In this document: piece by piece, positions 55,386 to 64,000 of the stretch | How positions within the stretch are numbered: position 1 is the first letter of the stretch | How the letters are laid out: the number at the start of each line of letters is the position of its first letter | Source: Hyaloraphidium curvatum SAG 235-1 | Taxonomy: Eukaryota > Fungi > Monoblepharomycota | Assembly (NCBI GenBank): GCA_025558095.1 | Contig: JAIVFI010000035.1 | Location: 487,500 to 551,499, forward strand | Reading direction: 5' to 3' | DNA: 64,000 nucleotides | Notes under the pieces: model-generated | Databases searched by the model: none | The model's input: the letters and a program-made list of their open reading frames with translations, nothing else | Told to the model about the DNA's origin: nothing | Made by a program: the position numbers and the translations under genes

Positions 55386-57641
55386 ATGGACTGCAAGAGC
55401 ACCCACGCCGCTCTGGGACCGCCGTTCCGGCCGACTCCCGCGTCGGCCGGGGTCGCGCGCTTCTCCATCCCGCCGACCCCGCGCTCCGAATCCAACTCGC
55501 GGTCGATCGGATGGGTCGCCATCGGGCCCCTAGCCTCGGCGTACGGCGCGGCACTCGACCAGCTCCTCCGCGGGATGCCGGAGGGACGCGTTCCCGAGGG
55601 CCAGGACGCGTCGCCGGCCTCCCTGTCGCACCTGTGCCGCCCTACTTCGGACAGCGTCTGGCTCCGCGAGGGCGTGCCGGACAAGCGTCCGTCGGGCACG
55701 GTGCTCGTGCACGACGTGTCGATGGAACTTCCCGCCCTGGCCGGGGACTGGTGCGCCGCACCCATCTCTTTCGCAGCCGGGGCGCCGGAGCGCGGGCCGT
55801 GGCACTGCGGGTTCGCGTTCTGGCACGCCGAGGCCTGCGGCGGGGCATCGAACGAAACCGCGGCCGCCCTTCTTTTTGACATGCTCGACGCCGGGATGCC
55901 GTCCGTCTGCAACGCCGAGACGGCGGACGGCGCGGCGAGGGGCTGGAGGCTCATAGGGCGCTACTCGTGGGGCAACCGCGGCGAACCGGACCCCGCGGTG
56001 CAGGCCAACCTGCCCGAGGCGATGCGCATCCCGCAGGGCGTCGACACCGGCAACTGCCTTTTCGTCCCGGTCGACAAGTTCTGGGGTGAAGTGATGCCTG
56101 CCCTGCACCGCCTTGCGGCTTCCCGACAGAACGCGAGCCAGTCGCCTCCTGCTCCTGTTCAACTTGCCGGACCTCGCACGTATGGAGATGATGGTCTTTC
56201 GCTGCTCGTCGGCCCGGACTCTGCCCCATTCGGCACCGCAACCTTTGCCGAGGACCAAGAGTACATGTACGGCCGCGTCCTGGTCTCGCGCTCCGCGACC
56301 GGGCCGGTCGAAGGGGTCAAGGCCTTCATCTGGTACACCGGCTACTGCAACGGGTTTGCTGAGTCGTTTGTCGGCGGACAGAGGGTGTGCCAGCCCCTGG
56401 GCCAGGCCGTTGAACCGGGCCAGCCAGGTGCGGCGGAGGCAATGGCCGCCATGGGCGACGCGGATCTGGCTTCTTGGTTCGCTTCACAGCCTTTCGAGTG
56501 CCGCCGGGTCGCAGTCGAAGGCGCCGCGCGCGCACCGGAACCGGAGCTCCTCCGACGGCTCCGCTCCCTCGGTCTTGTGTTTGCTCCTCCCGCCGTCGTG
56601 CGCGGCACAGCACCGCAGGTAACCCCCCCGGGCCCGGCACCGCAAAGCTGGAGGCCCTGCATCTCTCCGGTCGGTTTCCTGTCCGCTCTACAAGCCGCCC
56701 GCCAGGCCCTCAAGGTCGACGTGGGCACCCCACCTCCACCCACCGACTCCTCCTATCCCACCTGGTTCCTATCGGCCGAGGCCAAGGTCAATTCCGCAAT
56801 GCAGGGCCCAAGCACATCGGCCTGCGAGCTGCTCTCCCTCGTCACCTCGGACCCGCGCCTCCTCCCCTCGTGGCTTGCAACCGACGCCATCGACCCCGAC
56901 TTCCTTGGCTCCCTCCCAGCAGCCGAGCTCGGCATGCTCACCGCCCTCCTCGACATCTGCATGGCCGCTGCGGGAGGCGACCCCGCCCCCGTTGGCCGCC
57001 TAATCGACCGCGCAGGGCTTCTCGCGGCAGCCGCGGACGAGTTCCAGTCCGACGCCGAATGGAGCGGGATCCTGCTCGCAGCCTATCTCCCCCTCATCGC
57101 GCGATGTGGCGGGTCGCTCCGCACCTCGAGGATGCCCGGAAGTGAAGGGGCCCTGCTCGAAGCCGCCCTGCGGGGTCCCCCGCCGGCACGGTACCAGAAA
57201 GGCATGCCGGATCCGGTCGCGCTGCCCCGGTTCAAGGAGACGGTGGATGCGGTGCGTGCGATGGATCCGTCTTGGGATTGGGCGGCCTCGAAGGGGTTCT
57301 GGCTGCGGGCGCCCTCGGCAATGCCATCCCCCGGCCCGGAGCCCGGGGAGCAGCTCCTGTTGGGCAGCCTCGCGGACTCGGTGCTGGTCCTTTCGGCCTG
57401 TGGATGGGCCGAGTCCGCCGCCCGGAACCAAACAGGCGACCCGATCGCCGCCGCGGCGCCCGTGAACGCCGTAATCCGATCCCTGGCGGACGACTACGGG
57501 TGCCGCTCCTCGTTGCCCTCCGCCGACACCGCGACGGTCGCTGTCGTCGGACTGGTGGTCCGGGGACAGCAGCCTGGGGCCGCCGATCCGCCGTGGAAGG
57601 CCGGCCTGGACGCCTTCATCGGGGCAGCCATGTCCGATTGA
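55386..57641 (+). CDS. Hypothetical protein (~750 aa, intronless)
   Basis: A long, normal-complexity ORF. The start is placed at ATG 55386 because the upstream part is antisense to the cupin gene. Confidence 0.65.
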   Translation: MDCKSTHAALGPPFRPTPASAGVARFSIPPTPRSESNSRSIGWVAIGPLASAYGAALDQLLRGMPEGRVPEGQDASPASLSHLCRPTSDSVWLREGVPDKRPSGTVLVHDVSMELPALAGDWCAAPISFAAGAPERGPWHCGFAFWHAEACGGASNETAAALLFDMLDAGMPSVCNAETADGAARGWRLIGRYSWGNRGEPDPAVQANLPEAMRIPQGVDTGNCLFVPVDKFWGEVMPALHRLAASRQNASQSPPAPVQLAGPRTYGDDGLSLLVGPDSAPFGTATFAEDQEYMYGRVLVSRSATGPVEGVKAFIWYTGYCNGFAESFVGGQRVCQPLGQAVEPGQPGAAEAMAAMGDADLASWFASQPFECRRVAVEGAARAPEPELLRRLRSLGLVFAPPAVVRGTAPQVTPPGPAPQSWRPCISPVGFLSALQAARQALKVDVGTPPPPTDSSYPTWFLSAEAKVNSAMQGPSTSACELLSLVTSDPRLLPSWLATDAIDPDFLGSLPAAELGMLTALLDICMAAAGGDPAPVGRLIDRAGLLAAAADEFQSDAEWSGILLAAYLPLIARCGGSLRTSRMPGSEGALLEAALRGPPPARYQKGMPDPVALPRFKETVDAVRAMDPSWDWAASKGFWLRAPSAMPSPGPEPGEQLLLGSLADSVLVLSACGWAESAARNQTGDPIAAAAPVNAVIRSLADDYGCRSSLPSADTATVAVVGLVVRGQQPGAADPPWKAGLDAFIGAAMSD

Positions 57642-57788
57642 AGAGCTGAAAAGCCATGTCTACATCTATGCCAAATGATGTGTGAAGAGCGGTATCGCGC
57701 CTGATGATGTGCGCCAGAGGTCTAGTCTACCCGTCCACCAACCCTCCGAATCCCGTCTCCTCCAAGTCCAACCGCCGCCTCTCGATGA

Positions 57789-60155
57789 TCAATCCTCCAA
57801 CCCCCTCACCCACCGCGACCCGACCACCTTTTCCACCGTCCACCTCCTCCCCGCCTCCCTCTCCAAGCACCCCTGCAGCACTTCGACCACGGCCCCCTGC
57901 AGCCCCTTGCCCCTCCCCCTCCCCAACCCCGCGAGCTCGCCGTCCCACTGCACCGCCTCCCTCGCGGTGCGGAACGGGTTGGCCCCCGTGAGCATGGCAA
58001 ACAGCAGGCATCCCAGCGACCAGACGTCCTGCGGCGGGCCGGGGTACGGGTTGCCCAGGAGCACCTCGGGCGGGGCAAAGTCGAGGGTGCCGGAGAAGGT
58101 ATCGAACAGCGCGCGGCCGTGCGAGTCCGCGGGGTAGCTTCCCGGCGGGCCTGGGGCGGGAGGGGGGTAGAACGACGCGGAACCAAAGTCGGCGAGCTGC
58201 GCGCGCAGGGAGGGCACGGCGACGACGACGTTCTCGTCCTTGACGTCGCGGTGCACGACGCCCCGCGCGTGCAGGTGCGCGACCGCCGCGGCGACCTGGG
58301 AAAAGATGGCGCGGACGCAGCCGGGGGGGAGGAGGAGGCGCCGCGCCGAGTAGTGCTCGATGAGCTCGAAGAGGTCCATGACGCCGTCGGCCGGGCGGGG
58401 ATGCGGCAGCGAGGCCGGGGGCAGCTGGGGCATTGGCACGACGCCCGAGGGCGACGACGGGGATGCCGCCGCGCGCAGCGGGTCCATGGCGAACCAGAAG
58501 TGCGTCGGCGTCGAGCCCCACGCAAGCACCGTCGGCAGGGTTGGCGGCATGTCGCCCCTGGCCGAGAGCGACAGCAGCACCGCGATCTCGAGCGGCACCT
58601 CCTCCTCGGGGGTGCCGTCGGGCGATCCGGCGGGGCGGTACCGCGCGATCCGCGTGGCGGGGATCTTTTCCCGCTCGACGAACTTGAGGATCGCCTCGAG
58701 CTCGGGCTCGCCGGGGGCCAGGCGGACCCAGCCCCGGCGGACGTGCCCGTGCCCGCCGGACTGGCCAGGGTGGCCAGCGATCCGGATCGCCAAGGTGTCG
58801 ATCGGGGGAGGGAGCACCAGCTCAGCCGGCGGGGCAGAGGGGCCCGATGTTGAGGTGGTCGAGCTGGGAGTCGGGGTGCGCGGCGGTGTGGAGGAGGGGG
58901 TGCGGGGAGGCGCGATGAGGGCAGTCGAGGGCTTGATGTGGTACGCGTGCTGGTACGGGGGATAGGTAACGAGGAGGTGGTACCCCGTCGGCGTGGCGCC
59001 CGGGCCACCTCGCCCAGGAAGAGGCCTCAGCTCCAGCGACACGGGGATCGGTGCGTCCGGGTGCGCGGCGACCGAGGGCGCGGCAAACACGGGGTCCGTC
59101 GGGGGCACGTCGATTCTCGAGCCCGACGGAGACGGCCGCATGGGCGAGATGGCGCGCCGGAGCGGGTCCGGCGCCGGCTCGCCAAAGATCTCGGCCAGGT
59201 CCGGGAACGCGTCCTGCGCGCGCAGCGGGCCCGAGCGCCCGAGCAACGGCTTGAGCGGGTCTGTGGCCACGAAGGCGCCGTCGGGTGCGACGCGGACCGC
59301 TGTGCGGATCCGCAGGAAGGCCTCGACGCGCACGGCCATCCTCTCGCGGGTGCGCTGCGCGGTCGACAGCAGCGCGGGCAGCGGCGGGCTGCCGGGACGA
59401 GCAACGAGCGGGAAGTACTTGAGCCTGTCGACGGCCAGCGAGGGGAACCTGCCGCCGGGCGGGGCGCGCAGGCCGGGGAACGCGTCGGCGGCGTGGCCCC
59501 CGGCGGCGAGGCGGGCGGCAACTGCGGCGAGGGGCGACCCAGCGGGGACGCCGTCAGCGGCAAGCAGCGTGCCGGTGGCGGGGTCGACGTCGAGCACGCC
59601 CGCGTAGGCCGAGGAGCACTCCTCCGTGATTGCTTCGGCCCCACCATGGGGGGTCTTGCCGCGCGTGGGGGAGGCGAGCGCGGCCTGCAGCGCGACATCG
59701 GGCGTCACGCTCCGGCGCACCTCGGGGTCGAGCAGGGTGAGCCTGCCGAGGTCCGCCAGGCGGCCGACCAGGCGAGGGGAGCGCGCGCGCGGTGCCGCCC
59801 CGGGCTGCCCCGCCTGGCCGTTCGCGGCCGGCCCCGCGGCGTGCGGCACCGGGTGCTTCAGGGCGTCCAGCGAGCCGCGGCGTGGTCCGCCCGCCGGCCC
59901 CTCTGCCTGCGCGTCGGCCCCCGGCCCCTTCCCCGGTCCCGGCGTGAGCCAGCCCCGCCGCAGCCCAGACACCGCCAAATCCAGAAATCCGGCGGTCGGC
60001 GACACGGGAGAAGTCAGGCTGTCCTCCGACGGCGCGTGCGGCACGTGGGCCTCGGCATAGGTCTCCAGGAGGTCGACGAGGCTCCGGCCGGCCGGCAGCA
60101 GCACCGGCGGCGGAGAGGCCGGGAACTCCCCATCGAACGCCGCCAGCGTGCCCAT
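57789..60155 (-). CDS. Ser/Thr protein kinase, PASK/Pim-like (CAMK group)
   Basis: VPLEIAVL, MDLFELIE, VHRDVKDENV, LADFGSA, FDTFSGTLDFAPPEVLLGNPYPGPPQDVWSLG. Confidence 0.9.
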   Translation of the reverse strand: MGTLAAFDGEFPASPPPVLLPAGRSLVDLLETYAEAHVPHAPSEDSLTSPVSPTAGFLDLAVSGLRRGWLTPGPGKGPGADAQAEGPAGGPRRGSLDALKHPVPHAAGPAANGQAGQPGAAPRARSPRLVGRLADLGRLTLLDPEVRRSVTPDVALQAALASPTRGKTPHGGAEAITEECSSAYAGVLDVDPATGTLLAADGVPAGSPLAAVAARLAAGGHAADAFPGLRAPPGGRFPSLAVDRLKYFPLVARPGSPPLPALLSTAQRTRERMAVRVEAFLRIRTAVRVAPDGAFVATDPLKPLLGRSGPLRAQDAFPDLAEIFGEPAPDPLRRAISPMRPSPSGSRIDVPPTDPVFAAPSVAAHPDAPIPVSLELRPLPGRGGPGATPTGYHLLVTYPPYQHAYHIKPSTALIAPPRTPSSTPPRTPTPSSTTSTSGPSAPPAELVLPPPIDTLAIRIAGHPGQSGGHGHVRRGWVRLAPGEPELEAILKFVEREKIPATRIARYRPAGSPDGTPEEEVPLEIAVLLSLSARGDMPPTLPTVLAWGSTPTHFWFAMDPLRAAASPSSPSGVVPMPQLPPASLPHPRPADGVMDLFELIEHYSARRLLLPPGCVRAIFSQVAAAVAHLHARGVVHRDVKDENVVVAVPSLRAQLADFGSASFYPPPAPGPPGSYPADSHGRALFDTFSGTLDFAPPEVLLGNPYPGPPQDVWSLGCLLFAMLTGANPFRTAREAVQWDGELAGLGRGRGKGLQGAVVEVLQGCLEREAGRRWTVEKVVGSRWVRGLED

Positions 60156-60366
60156 CGCGAGCCGCGGCGTGCCCCTGGGCCCGCTTGGCGTCCGCTGGGC
60201 GCTGGCGGAGGGTGACTGGACGCGGGGTCCTGAATCTGCGCCACCACTGGATTGGCACGTGACGGACCCCGCCGAAGGTCCGCACAGATTATCCCGGATC
60301 CGCGGATCCGGCCGAGGACGCAGCCTAAAGTGCCTTTCAATACTGTATTGGCCATGATCCACATCC

Positions 60367-62731
60367 TCACAGCTTGGCCGCGAAATCGCCCCCCAGCGCC
60401 TGCGCCGCCTTGGCCCCCACCGCCGTCCTCAGCTCCCTCTTGAGCACCTTGCCCGCCGGGTTGGCCGGCAGCGGCTCGTTCCACAGGTCGATGAAAGCTG
60501 GCACCTTGAATTTCGCGATTTTGGACGCGGCGTACTCGCGCAGCTCGGCCGCGGTGACCTTGCCCCACTGCGAGGGCAGGAGGCGGACGGCGGCGCCGAC
60601 CTCCTCGCCGAGGACGCGGTGCGGGATGCCGAAGACGGCGGCGTCGAGGACCGCGGGGTGCGTCATGAGCGCGGATTCGACCTCGAGACAGTAGACGTTC
60701 TAGGGGAGGCGGGGTCAGATCGGGCAGAGCCCATGGTAGGCGTCGGCCCACCTCGCCGCCGCGGATGCACTGCCGGAACGAAAGGGAGCGCGAACGACAG
60801 GTCCGTTAGGTCGTTCTCGGGCTCCCCGCGCGTTGAAATCACGAACCATGTCCTTCGTGCGGTCCATGATGTACAGGAAGCCCTCCGCATCCAGCCGTCC
60901 GACGTCCCCCTGCCAGCGGAAAATGTCAGCACCATCGCGCGCAGTCCGGCACCGACGACCCACCGTGTTGTACCACCCCCGCTGGAAGCTCGCCGCCGTC
61001 GCCTGAGGGTTGTTCCAGTACCCCTTTGCGATCCCCGACGAGCGGACCCAGATCTCGCCCACGCCGTCCGCGGGGAGCACGGTGCCGTCCTCGTCGCGCA
61101 CCTCGACCCGGACGAAGGGCGGGGGCTTGCCGCAGCTGTCCGGCTTGCGGGCGTAGTCCTCGCCCGCGTTGGCCGCGACGGCGAGCGTCTCGGTGCAGCC
61201 GTACCCGTTGCTCGGCTCGCCGGCGCCGGCGCGGTTGCCGAACGCCTTCTTGGCGCGCGTGCGGAGCTCCGCGGGGCCGGGGGCGCCGCCGTACGCGAGG
61301 GAGAGGAGCTTGGGCAGCTTGGCGGCGGAGAACCTGCCCGTGCAGGGGGGCTCAGCTTCACCCCGCCGGGAGGCGGACAGGAGGAACGCACCGCGGGGAC
61401 TCGATAAGCTGCAGCGCCTGCGTGGGGACGGCCATGAAGTTGGTGACGCCCTCCGCCGCCATGAGGTCGACGGCCTCGTTGGCATCCTGTCCCGCGCGTC
61501 AGCGCGTCAGCCCGGCTCGCCATCGGCCCCGCGCGCCCACCCACCCATTTGTTCACGAACACGATCCGTCCTCCCGCCCCCGTAGTCAGGTAAGTGTACC
61601 CGATGCCCGTGAGGTGGAACAGCGGCACGGGCAGGATCCACGTCAGCACGGGCGGCACGGCCGGCACGTCCAGCCCGTTGCGGAGGGCGGTGCGGGCGGC
61701 GGCGTAGCGCGTGCCGTGGAGGACGTTGGTCATGCCGAGGTGGTGGTAGAGCACGCCCTTGGGCCGGCCTGCCGGGGAGGAGTGGGATCAGCGGGCGATT
61801 CCCGCGAGAGACCGAGCCAGGGAGATTACGCACCGGTGGTACCCGACGAGTACATGATCTGCACGTCATCAAACGGCGAGATGTCGGCCGGGGGAAGCTC
61901 CGACGGCGCCGCGGGGTCGAGCAGGGAGGCGAACGGGACGGCCGGCACCGCCGCGGGGAGCTTGGTCGACGTGCGGACGAGGACGAACCGCTCGACGAAG
62001 CCGTTGGGCTGTAACGATATCGTGGATCAGACATCGTGGTGCGGAGAACCGGGGAGAGACCAACCACCGCCGTGTCCAGCAGCCCAATCCCGTCCTTCCC
62101 CCCCAGCCGGTCCACCCGCTCCTGGTCGAGAAACAGCACCCGCGCCCCGCAGTCCTTGATGCAGTACTCGAGCTCCGGCTTGGACAGCCAGGAGTTGAGG
62201 GGGACGGCCACGGCGCCGAGGCAGATGGCAGCCCACCAGATGGGCATGTCTGCGGGCGGGGGGGAGAGCGCGTCAGGCAGCGAATCCGAACCGGAGGCGC
62301 CGGAACAAACACTCGGGGAAGTTCCTCAGCGCAATGCCGACCCTATCCCCCCTGCGCACCCCCATTCCGCGGAGCGCGTGGGCCAGCTGGACGACCGTCT
62401 TGTTACAGCCTGCGTAGGTCACACGGACGACCTCGCCCGCCGCCGTGTCGTGGAACACATCTGGAGCAGGTGTCAGGCGGCGCGGAACGGGGGCAAGGGG
62501 GGACCCACAGTACTCGCGGCCCTCGGCGCCCCATGTTCTCGCCGCCGTCTCCCACACCTCCCGGACCGTCCTGTGCGCGTTGGCAAACACCTCCACCGCC
62601 TCTTCCGGATCCGGCGGCTTCCGAGAAGCGGCCCCCGAAGTGGTCCACGGCAGCACGACCTTCTCGCGGCGCAGGCCGAGCTGGTCTCCCAATGGGCCCG
62701 CGAGCAGCGCGTCGGCCTCGGCGAGGGGCAT
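60367..62731 (-). CDS. AMP-forming acyl-CoA synthetase (long-chain fatty acid-CoA ligase-like), peroxisomal
   Basis: IMYSSGTT|GRPKGV, PVPLFH, GYGCTE, GDVGRLDAEGFLYIMDRTKDM and NPAGKVLKRELR. C-terminal PTS1 AKL. Confidence 0.92.
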
Positions 62732-62940
62732 CGGGCCGCTACGGAGGGCGGGGGGGCGGTCAGCCGACGAAAACAGGCTGAATTGAGCGTGCGGAAACGA
62801 ACCCGAGGACGGGCATCGTGGAGCGACGTGCGGGAGACGGGTGGGCGGAGGGGAGAGGGCGGCGGCGGCTGAAGCGGGAGGCACTCCGTGCACTCAGGCT
62901 TTCACGCGGCCGTCGCCGGCACTCGAAAGGCAGGCCACGC

Positions 62941-63258
62941 TGGCGACGGGAATCTCTCCAGACGAGCGCGATTCGTCGCGCTGGTAGGCTCCGGGACGGG
63001 CTGGCGATCTCTGGCGATGGGAGGGATGTCGCTCGCAGCGGCTGGATGAGCGGGGAAGGCGCTCCGAGCATCCCGCTAGGGACGGCGAATCCGGGCTCCA
63101 TGGCGACGGAAATCTCTCCAGATGAGCGCGATTCGTCGCGCTGGTTGGCTCCGGGACGGAGCTGGCGATCTCTGGCGATGTGAGGGATCTCGCTTGCCGC
63201 GCTGCTGCTGGCTGAGCGCGGAAGGCGCTTCGAGCATCCCGCTAGGGGCGGCGATTCC
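62941..63258 (+). repeat. Subtelomeric tandem duplication, 2 x ~160 bp
   Basis: TGGCGACGG(G/A)AATCTCTCCAGA(C/T)GAGCGCGATTCGTCGCGCTGG...GAGCATCCCGCTAGGG starts at both 62941 and 63101, with substitutions and small indels. Confidence 0.9.
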
Positions 63259-63844
63259 TGTTGGAGATCCGACGCACGCCCTTGCCCAAGCGGCGCGTAT
63301 TGTGGAACGGGTCATCTCGCCCATTGCTATCAAGCTCCGGCCATTCTGCAATCATTCGGCAGTCAACTCTAGGTCAATGTGACCAATGCGATCAAGTTGC
63401 AGTTACGTTGCGGCCATTCCGGCGTTCGGAAGCCTTGCCATCACTTGCCAAACGGAGGGCACGTTTTCCGAACGCCGTTCGGAAGACTTGCCATCCCGGA
63501 CCCGCCACTCCGGACGACCACTGTGCCCCCCCGGCGATTGCGGACGCCGGTTCCCGGGTACCATTGGCTTGAGCAGGTCCGGCGCTGTCTTCTGCCGGGT
63601 GGAGAGCCGGGAGGAAGGCGAAGAGCCCCGACGCCGGCGAGGAAGGCAGCAGGAGGAGGACGTCCAGTTGGCGGAGCTTCGTCGGTTCCCCCTCCGCCGG
63701 GCGCTCGATCCCAGGGTAGAATAGAGCCTATCGCACCGTTTTGCATGCGGGGGAAGGACGCCTGACGAGGTCCTGCTCGGGGTGGGGTGAGCCGGCCTCG
63801 GGGGAACGGCGCCCTCGTCTTGGGACCCTCTCGTGGCGTCGCAC

Positions 63845-64000
63845 TTAGGGTTTAGGGTTTAGGGTTTAGGTTAGGTTAGGTTAGGTTAGGTTAGGTTAGG
63901 TTAGGTTAGGGTTAGGTTAGGTTAGGTTAGGTTAGGTTAGGTTAGGTTAGGTTAGGTTAGGTTAGGTTAGGTTAGGTTAGGTTAGGTTAGGTTCGGTTAG
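63845..64000 (+). repeat. Telomeric repeat array, mostly (TTAGG)n
   Basis: TTAGGG, TTTAGGG x2 and TTTAGG, then continuous TTAGG to the window end with one TTAGGG and one TTCGG variant. The G-rich strand runs 5'->3' toward the end. Confidence 0.97.

Noticed and set aside
1-64000. Hundreds of long Arg/Pro/Gly/Ala-rich ORFs in the six-frame track
   Set aside because: They are shadow or antisense frames expected at high GC. They overlap motif-supported genes and have no recognisable domains.

Overview
This is a GC-rich eukaryotic chromosome end. It has many short (about 40-135 nt) GT-AG introns with CTGAC branch points, several fungal Zn2Cys6 regulators and a terminal telomere, so it is most likely an early-diverging (chytrid-grade) fungus (inference). 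About 25 genes can be reconstructed by hand-splicing. They include two PPR-like proteins, an Rvs161-like BAR protein, a Rid-family deaminase, a GH16 with four Cys-rich modules, nitrobindin, a crotonase, a partly decayed Zn2Cys6 paralog cluster, RAD4/XPC, a PASK-like kinase and a peroxisomal acyl-CoA synthetase. The most striking candidates for new biology are: (1) a divergent pair of GPI-anchored YcnI-type copper proteins, one a three-domain polyprotein in which every His-brace histidine sits directly behind an Arg/Lys-Arg processing site; (2) an intron-containing, duplicated NUMOD4-HNH (I-HmuI-like) endonuclease with a hydrophobic N-terminus; (3) a sulfotransferase-GT2-sulfotransferase fusion; (4) an L-type lectin-TM-SH3 receptor; (5) a telomere that grades from TTAGGG/TTTAGGG into arthropod-type (TTAGG)n. 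All family calls come from motif recognition by eye; no database search was run.
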